Positions 42,075 through 52,114 of a stretch of DNA of 64,000 nt are shown piece by piece (positions within the stretch are counted from its first letter, which is position 1; each line of letters opens with the position of its first letter). Under the pieces are notes generated by a model, which saw only the letters and a list, made by a program, of their open reading frames with translations, was not told where the DNA came from and did not search any database. The stretch covers positions 9,981 to 73,980 of the forward strand of contig JBBFLF010000005.1 in assembly GCA_037481655.1 (NCBI GenBank), given 5' to 3'. A program made the translations under genes and the position numbers. Source of the DNA: Desulfobaccales bacterium (GTDB taxonomy: Bacteria; Desulfobacterota; Desulfobaccia; Desulfobaccales; 0-14-0-80-60-11).

Positions 42075-43451
42075 GTGTCCAGGAAATCAGCGCCCCCATC
42101 CCTTCCCGGCCGGCTGTGGGACTCCCTCACCTCCATCCGCCTCACCGTCACCCTGCTGCTGGTTCTGGCGGTGGTGGCCACCCTGGGGACCGTCATCCCC
42201 CAGAACGAGCCGGTGGCCCGTTATCTCGCCAGCTTCGGACCCCGCTGGGGCCCGATCCTGCTCCGCCTCGGCCTGCACCGCATCTTTGACGGCCCCTGGC
42301 TGTTGGTGCCGGTGGGCCTTCTCAGCCTCAACCTCTTGGCCTGCGTCATCCGGGGCCTGCCGGAGGCCGTGCGCCGGGTGGCCCGCCCCTTCTCCGCCGA
42401 GGCCGCTCTCGCCCTGCCCCTGCGGGGCCAGTTCACCCTCCCCGCCACGGTAAAGCCCCAAGAGGCGGTTCTGCCTCTGTTGCGCCAGGAACTGGGCCGC
42501 CTGAAAAGCCACAACTCTCCGGAGCGTCTCATCTATTTCTGGGAGAGCGGCCGCTTCCGGCCCCTGGGGCCGTATCTCATCCACCTCTCCCTCTTCCTCA
42601 TCCTCTTCGGCGCCGTGGTGGGCAAATTTTGGGGGGTGGAAGGCCGGCTGGCGGTCCTCACCGGCGAGACGGCCACCGAATTCACCCTCAGCAAAGGCGC
42701 AGGCACTGCACCGCTGGGCTTCGCCCTCAGGCTGGACAACTTCACGGTGGACTATTACGGCGGCACCGGCACCCCCCGGGAATTCCGCTCCGATCTCACC
42801 TTCTTCCGGAATGGCCAGGAGGCAGGAAGGGCCGCCTGCCGGGTGAATCACCCCGTGACCTTCGGCGGCCTTACCTTCTATCAGTCCAGCTACGGCTCCC
42901 AGCTGGCCGGGCCGGTGCGCCTCAAAGTCTGCAAAGGCCAGGACTGCCATACCCTGACACTGGGGCAGCGCCGGGGCGAAAACCTCCCCGACGGCCAGGG
43001 CCAGGTGATGCTGGTGCGGGTGGACGCCAACTTCCAGGGGCTGGGGCCGGCGGTGCTGTTGGCCTACCGGGAGGCGGCCACCAGTGGCCAGCCCCAGATC
43101 TTCTGGATCTCCGCCCAGCATCCGGAACTGGCCCGCCAGGCCCAGACCCCCTTCCATCAGGCCGGCCCCCACCACTTCATGGTGGAGGACCTGCCTTTGA
43201 AGTTTTACTCCGTCTTCCAGGTGCGGCGGGACCCCGGCGTCTGGTGGGTGTACGGGGGCTTTCTCCTCTGCCTGCCCGGCTTTCTTTTGGCTTTCCTGAG
43301 GCCCACCCAGCGCTTGGCCGTGGTCCTGGAGCAGAGCCCCAAAGGCCACTGGCAGGGGCGCCTGTTGGGGGCCAGCCCCCGGGCCCGGGAGGCCTTCCAG
43401 GAGCGGGTGGACCGCCTGCTCCTGCACCTAAAAAAAGGAACCCGTTCATGA
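42075..43451 (+). CDS. resB: Cytochrome c biogenesis protein ResB/Ccs1 (system II)
   Basis: LTSIRL..LGTVIPQ, IHLSL, RVNHP..FYQSSY, RDPG. Confidence 0.9.
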   Translation: MSRKSAPPSLPGRLWDSLTSIRLTVTLLLVLAVVATLGTVIPQNEPVARYLASFGPRWGPILLRLGLHRIFDGPWLLVPVGLLSLNLLACVIRGLPEAVRRVARPFSAEAALALPLRGQFTLPATVKPQEAVLPLLRQELGRLKSHNSPERLIYFWESGRFRPLGPYLIHLSLFLILFGAVVGKFWGVEGRLAVLTGETATEFTLSKGAGTAPLGFALRLDNFTVDYYGGTGTPREFRSDLTFFRNGQEAGRAACRVNHPVTFGGLTFYQSSYGSQLAGPVRLKVCKGQDCHTLTLGQRRGENLPDGQGQVMLVRVDANFQGLGPAVLLAYREAATSGQPQIFWISAQHPELARQAQTPFHQAGPHHFMVEDLPLKFYSVFQVRRDPGVWWVYGGFLLCLPGFLLAFLRPTQRLAVVLEQSPKGHWQGRLLGASPRAREAFQERVDRLLLHLKKGTRS

Positions 43452-44308
43452 TCAGCCAGATCCTGGGTCTGGTCACTCTGGTCTATCTTGTTGCCACCGG
43501 CCTCTTTCTGGCGGCCAGCCTCTGGTCCAGCCGCCGCCTGGAGGACTGGGGCCGCATGGCGCTCCTTGCCGGGCTGGCGGCCCACCTGGGGGCCTTTTTC
43601 GGCCGCTGGGTGGAATCCTACCGTCACGCCAGCCAGTACACCCCGCCCGAGGGCGCCGCAGCAGTCCTCAACCTGGTGATCCACCAGGTCCCCTTGTCCA
43701 ACTTCTTTGAATCCCTGGTCTTTTTCTCTTTGAGCGTCAGCTTTCTCGGACTGGTCTCCTTCAGGCGGCACCTCAAGGGCGCCTTGGGGGTGGTGGTGGC
43801 GCTTCTGGCCTGCCTGATTCTGGCCTACGCCTCCCTGGCGGTGGACAGCAGCATCCGGCCTCTCATGCCGGCCCTGAAGAGCAACTGGCTCCTCATCCAC
43901 GTGCTCACCTGCTTCATCGGCTATGCCGGCTTTGCCTTGGCCTTCGGGGCCGCCCTGCTCTACCTCTGGCAGACCCGGCGCAGCCGGGCCAACCCCATCG
44001 CCCCGCCCCAGGAGCTGGACCGCCTCATGTACCGGGCCGTGGCCTTGGGCTTCCTCTTCCTCTCCGTGGGCATCCTCACCGGCGCGGTGTGGGCCGACTC
44101 CGCCTGGGGCCGCTACTGGAGCTGGGACCCCAAGGAGACCTGGTCCCTCATCACCTGGTTCATCTACGCCGGTCTCTTGCACGCCCGCCTGGTGAAGGGC
44201 TGGCAGGGCCGCCGCATCGCCTGGCTGGCCATCCTGGGCTTCGCCGCGGTGCTCTTCACCTATTTCGGGGTGAGCTTCCTCCTGCCGGGCCTGCACTCCT
44301 ACTTCTGA
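43448..44308 (+). CDS. ccsA: Cytochrome c biogenesis protein CcsA/ResC
   Basis: LMPALKSNWLLIHV, GAVWADSAWGRYWSWDPKETW (WWD domain), GLHSY. Confidence 0.95.
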   Translation: MISQILGLVTLVYLVATGLFLAASLWSSRRLEDWGRMALLAGLAAHLGAFFGRWVESYRHASQYTPPEGAAAVLNLVIHQVPLSNFFESLVFFSLSVSFLGLVSFRRHLKGALGVVVALLACLILAYASLAVDSSIRPLMPALKSNWLLIHVLTCFIGYAGFALAFGAALLYLWQTRRSRANPIAPPQELDRLMYRAVALGFLFLSVGILTGAVWADSAWGRYWSWDPKETWSLITWFIYAGLLHARLVKGWQGRRIAWLAILGFAAVLFTYFGVSFLLPGLHSYF

Positions 44309-44362
44309 GGCATTGAGCCGGAGGGCGGGTCTGGCGTTTTGGGGGAACAAGGCCTGGAGGCC

Positions 44363-45412
44363 TCAATCATCCCTGGCCAACGGGGCTTCGATCCAGGCGC
44401 CACCCAGGAGCCGGTCCCCCTCATAGAAGGCCACCGCCTGCCCCGGAGCCACCGCCCCCTGGGGCTGGGCAAAGACCACGGTCAGGCGGCCATCGCTCTC
44501 CTGCCGGATGAGGGCCTGCACCCCTGGATGGCGGTAACGGATCACCGCGGTGGCTTCGAACTCCTCACCCGGCGGCTCCCAGAGCCAATTCGGCGCCACT
44601 GCCCTCAGGCCCGGAGCGAGGAGCGCCGCCTTGGGGCCCACCACCACCCGGTTGGTCTCCGGGCAGAGCTTAAGGACGTAAAGAGGCTCCCGGGCCGCCA
44701 CTCCCAGCCCCCGGCGCTGCCCCACGGTGTAATGGATCAGGCCTTGGTGCCGGCCTAAATAGCGCCCCTGGAGGTCCACTATCTCCCCCGGTGGCGCCGC
44801 CACCCCGGCCCGGCGCAAAAACTCCCGGTAGCCCTCCGGCGGGATGAAGCAGACCTCCTGGCTCTCCGGGGGGAGATCCATGGCTGGCAGCCCCAGCGCC
44901 TGAAACCGGCGACGCACCTCCTCCTTGGTGAGCTCCCCTAACGGAAAGAGCACCCGGGGCAAAATCTCCCGGGGCAGGCGCTGCAGGAAGTAGGACTGGT
45001 CCTTGCTGCGATCCATACCCCGCCAGAGGCCGAAGCCCCCCTCCGGGGCGGGCAGCCGCCGGACATAATGGCCGGTGGCCAGATAGCGGGCGCCCCAAGC
45101 CTGCATTCTCTCCCACAGGACCCCGAACTTGATCACCGCGTTGCACCGTACGCACGGGTTGGGCGTCAGTCCCCGGGCATAGCTCCGGACAAACTGCTGC
45201 ACCACCAGGGCCTCAAACTCCGGGCGGAGGTCCACCTCCACGAAGGGCAGTCCCAGGGCCTGGGCCAACTGCGCCGCCCGCCGGGCACCTTCGGTGGCCG
45301 CCATCAGCCGGAGGTGCACCGCCAGGACCTCAAAGCCCTGCTCCCGGAGCAGGTGGGCGGCCAGGGCGCTGTCCACCCCGCCGCTGAAGGCGACGGCCAC
45401 CGCCTCAGACAT
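44363..45412 (-). CDS. mnmA: tRNA-specific 2-thiouridylase
   Basis: AFSGGVDS, TPNPCVRCN..KF, ATGHY, KDQSYFL, ESQEVCF, YTVGQRRG, APGQ. Confidence 0.96.
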   Translation of the reverse strand: MSEAVAVAFSGGVDSALAAHLLREQGFEVLAVHLRLMAATEGARRAAQLAQALGLPFVEVDLRPEFEALVVQQFVRSYARGLTPNPCVRCNAVIKFGVLWERMQAWGARYLATGHYVRRLPAPEGGFGLWRGMDRSKDQSYFLQRLPREILPRVLFPLGELTKEEVRRRFQALGLPAMDLPPESQEVCFIPPEGYREFLRRAGVAAPPGEIVDLQGRYLGRHQGLIHYTVGQRRGLGVAAREPLYVLKLCPETNRVVVGPKAALLAPGLRAVAPNWLWEPPGEEFEATAVIRYRHPGVQALIRQESDGRLTVVFAQPQGAVAPGQAVAFYEGDRLLGGAWIEAPLARDD

Positions 45413-45527
45413 GTTCACAAACCGACAAGAAAATTTGAAATATTTGTTTACTTTATGGATATTTATTTAACTTATTGAGAATAATATGGATTTTTAAGAA
45501 ATACTGCAATGCGGGCCGGCAAATGTT

Positions 45528-45905
45528 CTATTTTTTAAACATTTCTGCGGCGGGGGGAGGCGAAAAGGAGGGGCTCTCCAGGAAGGTGACGGCCACCCCC
45601 AAGGCACCCCCGGGGGCCTGAGGATCTTCCAGGCGCACCACCCGGCCCCGGGCATACAGGTGCTGGGTGTGGGTCCGGTCCAGGCTGGGGACATGACAGA
45701 GAATGGAGAGCTCCACCATCAGGTCCGGTGAGAAAGTACAAGGCGCGTCGGTGAGGAAATAGGCACCGCTCAGGCTGACATCCCGCAACACCCCCCGGCC
45801 TTGCACAGGGCCTTGGCCATCAGCACCCTGGAGACGGAAGGTCAACGGCAGACTGACCCGCAGGCGCTGGAACCGACGCCGCTCCTCCTGGGGGGGCGTC
45901 AGCAT
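45528..45905 (-). CDS. Single-domain PilZ protein (c-di-GMP receptor)
   Basis: ERRRFQR (RxxxR) and DVSLSG (DxSxxG) motifs. Confidence 0.85.
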   Translation of the reverse strand: MLTPPQEERRRFQRLRVSLPLTFRLQGADGQGPVQGRGVLRDVSLSGAYFLTDAPCTFSPDLMVELSILCHVPSLDRTHTQHLYARGRVVRLEDPQAPGGALGVAVTFLESPSFSPPPAAEMFKK

Positions 45906-46122
45906 TTCCTGAGGCAGAGAACAGACCGGGCCGCACGGCATACCTCCGTTTTTGCACTTCATGTGCCAGGAGGGAATCCGGGCGGAAGAATCATCATTTT
46001 GATCAGGCCAGCTTCCCCCTTGACGCCGGCTGCCCCTTCCTTTACCATGGCAGTGAAAAACCGCGCCGTCGGCGGCCGTCCGTCTTCCCACCCTCTCCGC
46101 CGGCATAGGGGTTCACCCAGGC

Positions 46123-46941
46123 ATGTCACACGTCGTCGCCGTCATCAATCAAAAAGGGGGCACCGGCAAGACCACCACCACCATCAACCTGGGTGCCGGT
46201 TTGGCCTATCGCGGGCACCGCACCCTGCTGGTGGACTTGGACCCCCAGGCCCATACCACCATCGGCATCGGGGTGGATCCGGACGAATCCCGGGAGTGCA
46301 TGGCCGAAGTCTTTACCATACCCCGCAAGCCCATCCGGGATGTCATCGTGGAGACCTACATCCCCTGGCTTTTCTTGGCCCCGGCCCACATCCGCCTGGC
46401 CCGGGCCGCGGAAGCCGCCTACAGCCGGGTCTTCAAGGAGGCCATCCTGGCCCACTCCCTGAAATCCGTGGATTTCGACTTCATCATCATCGACTGCCCC
46501 CCGTCTTTGGGGGTGCTCACCACCAACTCCCTCTTCGCCTGCGATTTCATCATCATCCCCTGCCAGATCTCCCGGTATTCCCTGGACGGCCTGGCGGACC
46601 TGCTCCAGACCATCGAGACCGTCAAGGACCTCTCCTCCCAGGAGCTCTTTGAGGGGGACCACTTCCGCATCCTTCTCACCATGTACGACCGGCGCAACCG
46701 GGTGACCAACGAATACATCCTGGAGCAGCTTAAGCCTTACCGGGAGCGCACCTTCGCCACCCTGATCATGAAAAACGAGGCCCTCAATCAGGCCCAGATC
46801 GCCCAGAAGTCGATTTTCGACTACGACCCCAAGAGTTCCGGCGCCCTGGATTACCAGCGCCTGACGGACGAATTTCTCGCCTTATGTCAAAAAAGAAACA
46901 GCTTACCGGAAAGGCCACCAAGCTGGCAAAGCTGCAACTGA
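46123..46941 (+). CDS. ParA/Soj family ATPase
   Basis: NQKGGTGKTTT, VDLDPQ, IIDCPPSLG. Confidence 0.92.
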   Translation: MSHVVAVINQKGGTGKTTTTINLGAGLAYRGHRTLLVDLDPQAHTTIGIGVDPDESRECMAEVFTIPRKPIRDVIVETYIPWLFLAPAHIRLARAAEAAYSRVFKEAILAHSLKSVDFDFIIIDCPPSLGVLTTNSLFACDFIIIPCQISRYSLDGLADLLQTIETVKDLSSQELFEGDHFRILLTMYDRRNRVTNEYILEQLKPYRERTFATLIMKNEALNQAQIAQKSIFDYDPKSSGALDYQRLTDEFLALCQKRNSLPERPPSWQSCN

Positions 46942-47261
46942 CCCGGGCCCTCTCCCAAAAAATGGGGGACTCTGAGCCCGAGCCGTGGCAGCCGGCGGCG
47001 CCGCCGGAGGCGTCACCCCCGACGCCATCGCCCCAACTGCCCCTGTCCTGGGAGGATCTGGCCCAGGGCGCCGCGGGCCTGCTGCAGGCCGCCTACGCCC
47101 TGGTGCGGGGGGAGATGGCGGAGCTGCACGCCCTGATCAACGGCCTGCCCGCCCCGGAATCCTGGGAACCCAGCGTCACTCCGGATTTGCCCGCCATCAA
47201 GGAAGCCCTGAGACTCACCAAGCAGGAGCTCCAGGAAGTCTCCCGCCTGTATTCGGGTTGA
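46884..47261 (+). CDS. Hypothetical protein, possible ParA partner
   Basis: Basic N-terminus MSKKKQLTGKATKLAK, Pro-rich linker, helical C-terminus; overlaps the parA 3' end by 58 bp. Confidence 0.6.
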   Translation: MSKKKQLTGKATKLAKLQLTRALSQKMGDSEPEPWQPAAPPEASPPTPSPQLPLSWEDLAQGAAGLLQAAYALVRGEMAELHALINGLPAPESWEPSVTPDLPAIKEALRLTKQELQEVSRLYSG

Positions 47262-47263
47262 GG

Positions 47264-47629
47264 TTGTGAGGGGAGGGCTGGGGGAGCAGTGGCTCCCCCA
47301 CCCTCCCCTCACACTCCCCTCCCCACCCCCTTTATGGGGTGGGGGGTGAGGGTGCGGGAGAGGGGGCAGGGGACCACGTTCCCTGGCCCCTTCTCTCGCT
47401 TTCACCTGCAAACCGAAGCAGACGTGCTTAAAACAAGCGGCTTGGCGCTTTTGCCCGAGGAGGTGCGTCTCGTCGCCAGCCCCCGCCATGCATTGTGAGG
47501 GGAGGGCCGGGGGAGCAGTGGCTCCCCCACTCCCCTCACACTCCCCACCCCACCCCCTTTATGGGGTGGGGGGTGAGGGTGCGGGAGAGGGGGCAGGGGA
47601 CCACGTTCCCTGGCCCCCTCTCCCGCTTT
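47264..47629. repeat. Two near-identical ~137-bp palindromic REP/MITE-like elements in direct orientation (47264-47402, 47493-47629)
   Basis: TTGTGAGGGGAGGGC...CCCCACCCC-TTTAT-GGGGTGGGG...CCCTGGCCCC..CGCTTT repeated with few differences around a 90-bp spacer. Confidence 0.9.
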
Positions 47630-48293
47630 ATTTATAACCCACCGGCATGATGATCAGGGGTTCGTGCTCCTTAGGGAGTTTGAGGAGGCCAGCCAGGGCC
47701 TGGTCCTCAAAGGCCCCCACAATTCCGGCCCCCAGCCCCAGGGCCTCGGCCTGCAAAAAGAGGTTCTGGCCGGCATGGCCCACTTCCATGTGGGTGTAGC
47801 GGATGCCCCGCTGGCCATAGCGGGCGGTGCAGCGCCGGTAGTCCGCAGCGATGACCACCATCACCGGCGCCTCCGCCATCCAGCCTTGGTTAAGGGAAGC
47901 CCGGGCCACCGCCACCCGCAGATCCCCCGGCGTCACCAGCGCCAGGGCATGGGAACCGGGGAGATACCGGTAGACCCCGGCGGGCAGCCCCTCCACCCCC
48001 CGCTCCCCGGCCACCAGGTAGAGTTCCAGGGGAAAAGTGGCCCCGGCGGAGGGTGCGGTGCGAAAGCCCCGGGGATCGCTCACCCCGTCGGTGGCCCACA
48101 AGAGCTGGCCCACCTGGGCCAACGTCAGGCTGCGGCGGGCAAAGTGGCGCACCGTGCGCCGGGCCTTGAGGGTCTCCTCCACCGACACCTGGCCCTTGAA
48201 CGCCGGCGGCGGCAGCCGGATCTCGGCGGCTCCGGCGGTCCCGGAGAATAACATCAGGCCGAACAAAAACATGGCAGTTCCCCACCCTTGCAT
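47628..48293 (-). CDS. SagB/ThcOx-type nitroreductase-family protein, possible signal peptide
   Basis: RRTVRHF, RTAPSAGATFPLELY, EVGHAGQN, VGAFED; start uncertain. Confidence 0.88.
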   Translation of the reverse strand: MQGWGTAMFLFGLMLFSGTAGAAEIRLPPPAFKGQVSVEETLKARRTVRHFARRSLTLAQVGQLLWATDGVSDPRGFRTAPSAGATFPLELYLVAGERGVEGLPAGVYRYLPGSHALALVTPGDLRVAVARASLNQGWMAEAPVMVVIAADYRRCTARYGQRGIRYTHMEVGHAGQNLFLQAEALGLGAGIVGAFEDQALAGLLKLPKEHEPLIIMPVGYK

Positions 48294-48495
48294 ATGACAC
48301 CTCATGTGGCTGACGGTGCGAAGGACCTCAGCCCCGGGAAAATGCCGCAAAAGAGAACATTCCCCATTTCTAAGGGGAGAAACCTTCAGGAAGCAGGGCC
48401 CCCTGCCCCCTTTCCCGGCCCTCTCCCAACCCCCTTCGGAGCGGGTGAGTGAAGGATGGGCAGGGAGCCCCGCTTCCCGTTTGCCCTCACCTGGC

Positions 48496-48768
48496 TCACT
48501 CAGTCTGTCGGCTGCGGGCCCGGATCTTCAGGTAGATGGCCACGCCCGAGGTGGCCATGCCCACCGTGCCCAGCCCCACCAGAAGCCGGTAAAGGTGCCC
48601 GAGGGGGCCGCCCCAGAAATGCAGCTTGGTGAGACTTCCGAAGAGTCCCGGGGACTGGAACAGAAACTCCGTAGCCACCAACGCCCCCGAGGCAGCCTGG
48701 AGAAAGATGAACAGGGCCAGGATGATGCCCATGGTGCGATGCCCCCGGCGCAGTTCCGCTTCCGTCAT
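48496..48768 (-). CDS. Small PepSY-associated-TM-like membrane protein
   Basis: LRRGHRTMGIILALF..SG; KLHF; two TM helices; AGGAG RBS. Confidence 0.65.
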   Translation of the reverse strand: MTEAELRRGHRTMGIILALFIFLQAASGALVATEFLFQSPGLFGSLTKLHFWGGPLGHLYRLLVGLGTVGMATSGVAIYLKIRARSRQTE

Positions 48769-48869
48769 ATGATCTCTCCTTTCCTGCATCAGATAGGATG
48801 TGTGGGCTGCCTTGGCAAGGGGGGAGGGGAAAACCTGGGCCGGGCCTGCCCCTCAGGCCTCCGTAACCC

Positions 48870-51452
48870 CTACTCTTCCTTCAGAATATCCGCCAGGTGA
48901 GGTCTGACCGCCCGCCAGGCCGGTATGGCCCCGGCCATCAGTCCCAGGGCCACCACCAGCACCAGGCTTTGGAGATAAATCCCGGGAGTGAAAAAGAACC
49001 GGATGGTCCAGCCGAAGGCCTGCTTGTTGATGACCAGGATGAGGAGGAGCGACAGGACCGAGCCGGCCCCGGCGCCCAGTAAGAAGCTCAGGAAGCTGGC
49101 CAGCCCCGATTCCACCAGGACCATGCCCACGATCTGGCGCCGGGAGGCCCCGATAGCCTGGAGGAGGGCCAGGTCCCGCTCCCGGTCGATGATGAGCACG
49201 AGAAAGGTGGTGATGATGCCGAAGACCGCCACCAACACCGCCACCCCCTCCAGGGCGTAGGTGACGGCAAAGGTGCGGTCGAAGATCTCCAGAATGCCGC
49301 GCCGCAGATCCTGGTGGGACAGGGCCAGGAGCCGGTAGCGGCCGCCGTAACGGGCCTGCAGGGAGGCCTGCATTTCCCGCACCCGGCCGGGATCTCTGAG
49401 ATAGAGGCGCACGGCGTTGAGATGCTCGTCCCGCCAGTAGCGCCGGAACTGGCGCAGGTCCATCCAGATGCTGGGCCCGTCGGTGCGGAAGTCGTAAAAG
49501 ACCCCGCGGATCCGCACCTGCCGGGGGCCGGAGGGCGATGGCAGCTCCACCACCTGCCCTTCCCGCCAGCCGAAGGTCTCCGCCAGGGGCTCGGAAATGA
49601 TAACCTCGCCGGGTTCTCCGGGCCCGGAGGCCTCGTCCTTTGACCGGGCGGCCATTTCCTGCAATATCTTCACGCTGTCCCCCTGGCGGAACCACATGCC
49701 CCCGTACCTGGCCAGGATGTCGAAGCTGCCGCCGATGACCAGCACGAAGCGGTCCCGGAAAGGCAGGCGGACGCAGCGGTAGAGGTAGATATCCTTGACC
49801 TCCGGATCTTTCTTGAGCTCCGCCACGATCTCCGGGGGGAGAAACCGGTCGTAGGCCGCAGTGGAGAAGACCGCCGGGCCGAAGAAGATATCGCCGCTGA
49901 TGGAGCGGCTGATCCACAGGTTCACCGTCTCCCGAAAGGAGCCGATCATCACCGCCACCGCGATGAGCATCCCCAGGGCGCAGGCCAGGGCGGCAATGGA
50001 CACGGCGCTCCGGGAGAGCGAGCCGGAGAGATACCGGCAGCCCAGCTCCCCGGCCACCCCTGCGAGCCTTCTCAACCCCGGCCCCAAGCCCCGGCCCAGG
50101 AGCAGGGCGGCGGCGGGGGTAAAGAGGGCAAAGGCGAGAAGGATGAGGAAGGCGGCGATAAACCCGGGGATGGGCACCGCCCGGGCTTCCAGGGCCGCCA
50201 GGGCACCGGCGGTGAGCAGGGCCGCCGCGCCCCCGCCCGCCAGCCGCCAGGCCCGCCGGCTGAGCACCTCCTCCAGCTCCTCCCGGAACCACACCGCCCT
50301 GACCCGGGTCCGGGCCGCCTCCACGGCGGGCACCAGGGCCGCCGCCAGGGTGGCCACTACCGCCAACGCCCAGGCTTGCAGGAGCAGGGCCGGGGAGATG
50401 CTGAGATGCCGGGCCGCCACCGGGGTGTAAAGGGAGGTGAGGGTGTCGGTCACCAGTCCCAGCGCCCCCTGGGCCAAAATGAGCCCCAAAAAAAGCCCGA
50501 TAAAGCCCCCCACCAGGCCGGTGAAGATGCCTTCGGCCACAAACAGGGTGAGCACCTGCCGGGCCCCCAGGCCCAGGGTGCGTAGCAACCCGATCTCCCG
50601 GCGGCGCCGCACCACCGACAGGGTGACGGACTGGTAGATGAGGAACATGCCCACAAACAGGGCAATGGCGCTCAAGACCTGGAGGTTGAGGCGGTAAGAG
50701 GCCACCAGCCCCTCCATCTGCCGGGACTGGGCCCCCGGCCAGCTCACCTCCACCCCCGGCGGCAGCACCTTTCTCAGGGCGGCGGCGGTCTCCTCCCCCG
50801 GAAGGCGGCCGATGACATCGATGTAGTCCAGGTGGCCCAGCCGACCCAACAGCTCCTGGGCCCCGGCCACATCCATGAGGAGGACCGCACCCTCCAGGGG
50901 ATACAGCCCCTCAGGGGCTCGAAAAATCCCCACCACCACAAGCTCCGCCACCCGGGCCCCGGCGGTCACCTTCAGGTTGGCCCCCCTCCCAAGGCCCAGG
51001 CGCCGGGCCAGGGGCTCGCTCACAAAACAGGTGCCGGGCCGGCTGAGAAAGTCCTCAAAGGCTGCCGTGCCGCCGGTGCCATCGAATTCATACTCCCGGA
51101 AGGCCGCCTCTGCAAAGGGGTCCACCCCCAAAAGCAGGACCGGCTCGGAGCCCGGCCCCTCCAGCTCCAGGACGCTTTCCACCACCGGCGCCGCGGCTTT
51201 TACCTCGGGCAGGCGCCGCACTGTGAGGAAGAGCTCCTCAGGAAGAGGCGCGCCCGGGGCGCGGAGACGCCATTCGGCCCGGCCGGAGACCGCGCTGACG
51301 GAGCGCCGGAAACTCTCCAGGGCGCTTTCCCCCGCCAGGGCGATGCCCAGATAGACCGCAGTGCCCAGAGCGATGCCGAAGATTCCCAGGAGGGTGCGGC
51401 CCGGGAATTCCGTGAGGTGCCGAAGCGGCAGGCGAAAGAGCCAGAGCCTCAT
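48870..51452 (-). CDS. ABC transporter permease, duplicated FtsX/MacB type
   Basis: Two permease repeats (RRREIGLLRTLG; RERDLALLQAIGA); INKQAFGW. Confidence 0.9.
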   Translation of the reverse strand: MRLWLFRLPLRHLTEFPGRTLLGIFGIALGTAVYLGIALAGESALESFRRSVSAVSGRAEWRLRAPGAPLPEELFLTVRRLPEVKAAAPVVESVLELEGPGSEPVLLLGVDPFAEAAFREYEFDGTGGTAAFEDFLSRPGTCFVSEPLARRLGLGRGANLKVTAGARVAELVVVGIFRAPEGLYPLEGAVLLMDVAGAQELLGRLGHLDYIDVIGRLPGEETAAALRKVLPPGVEVSWPGAQSRQMEGLVASYRLNLQVLSAIALFVGMFLIYQSVTLSVVRRRREIGLLRTLGLGARQVLTLFVAEGIFTGLVGGFIGLFLGLILAQGALGLVTDTLTSLYTPVAARHLSISPALLLQAWALAVVATLAAALVPAVEAARTRVRAVWFREELEEVLSRRAWRLAGGGAAALLTAGALAALEARAVPIPGFIAAFLILLAFALFTPAAALLLGRGLGPGLRRLAGVAGELGCRYLSGSLSRSAVSIAALACALGMLIAVAVMIGSFRETVNLWISRSISGDIFFGPAVFSTAAYDRFLPPEIVAELKKDPEVKDIYLYRCVRLPFRDRFVLVIGGSFDILARYGGMWFRQGDSVKILQEMAARSKDEASGPGEPGEVIISEPLAETFGWREGQVVELPSPSGPRQVRIRGVFYDFRTDGPSIWMDLRQFRRYWRDEHLNAVRLYLRDPGRVREMQASLQARYGGRYRLLALSHQDLRRGILEIFDRTFAVTYALEGVAVLVAVFGIITTFLVLIIDRERDLALLQAIGASRRQIVGMVLVESGLASFLSFLLGAGAGSVLSLLLILVINKQAFGWTIRFFFTPGIYLQSLVLVVALGLMAGAIPAWRAVRPHLADILKEE

Positions 51453-52114
51453 GCCACCACCCGCCCATCCCGGAGGCGCACCTCCCGTTGGGCAAAGGCC
51501 GCCGCTTCCGGGGCATGGGTCACCATGATGATGGTCTGGCCCTGCTCCCGGTGCAGCGCCGCAAAGAGCTCCATCACCTGCCGGCTGGTGGCGTGATCCA
51601 GGTTGCCGGTGGGCTCATCCGCCAGGAGCATCGCCGGCCGGTTGATGAGGGCCCGGGCCAAGGCGGCCCGCTGCATCTCCCCCCCGGAGACCTGATGGGG
51701 CTTGTGCGTGGCCCGGTCGCTCAGGCCCACCCGGGCCAGCCACTGGCGGGCTTCCGCCGCCGCCTGGGCATAAGAGACCCCCTGGAGCACCCGGGGGAGG
51801 GCCACATTTTCCTCCAGGGTGAGCAAGGGCAGGAGGTTGAAGGCCTGGAAGACCACCCCCACATAGTCCCGGCGGAAGAGGGTGAGTTCCTGCTCGTGCA
51901 GGGTGGCCAGATCCCGTCCCGCCACCACCACCCGCCCCTGGCTGGGGGCCTCCAAACCGCCGATGAGGTGCAACAGGGTGCTCTTGCCACAGCCGCTCTT
52001 GCCGGTGATGGCCAGAAATTCCCCTGCCGCCACTTGCAGGTCCACCTGGCGCAGGGCGACGATCTCCACCTCCCCCCGCCGATAGGTCTTGCTCACTCCG
52101 GACAGTTCAATCAT
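51449..52114 (-). CDS. ABC transporter ATP-binding protein (LolD/MacB-like)
   Basis: GKSGCGKST, VSGGEMQR, LADEPTGNLD, VTH. Confidence 0.93.
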   Translation of the reverse strand: MIELSGVSKTYRRGEVEIVALRQVDLQVAAGEFLAITGKSGCGKSTLLHLIGGLEAPSQGRVVVAGRDLATLHEQELTLFRRDYVGVVFQAFNLLPLLTLEENVALPRVLQGVSYAQAAAEARQWLARVGLSDRATHKPHQVSGGEMQRAALARALINRPAMLLADEPTGNLDHATSRQVMELFAALHREQGQTIIMVTHAPEAAAFAQREVRLRDGRVVA

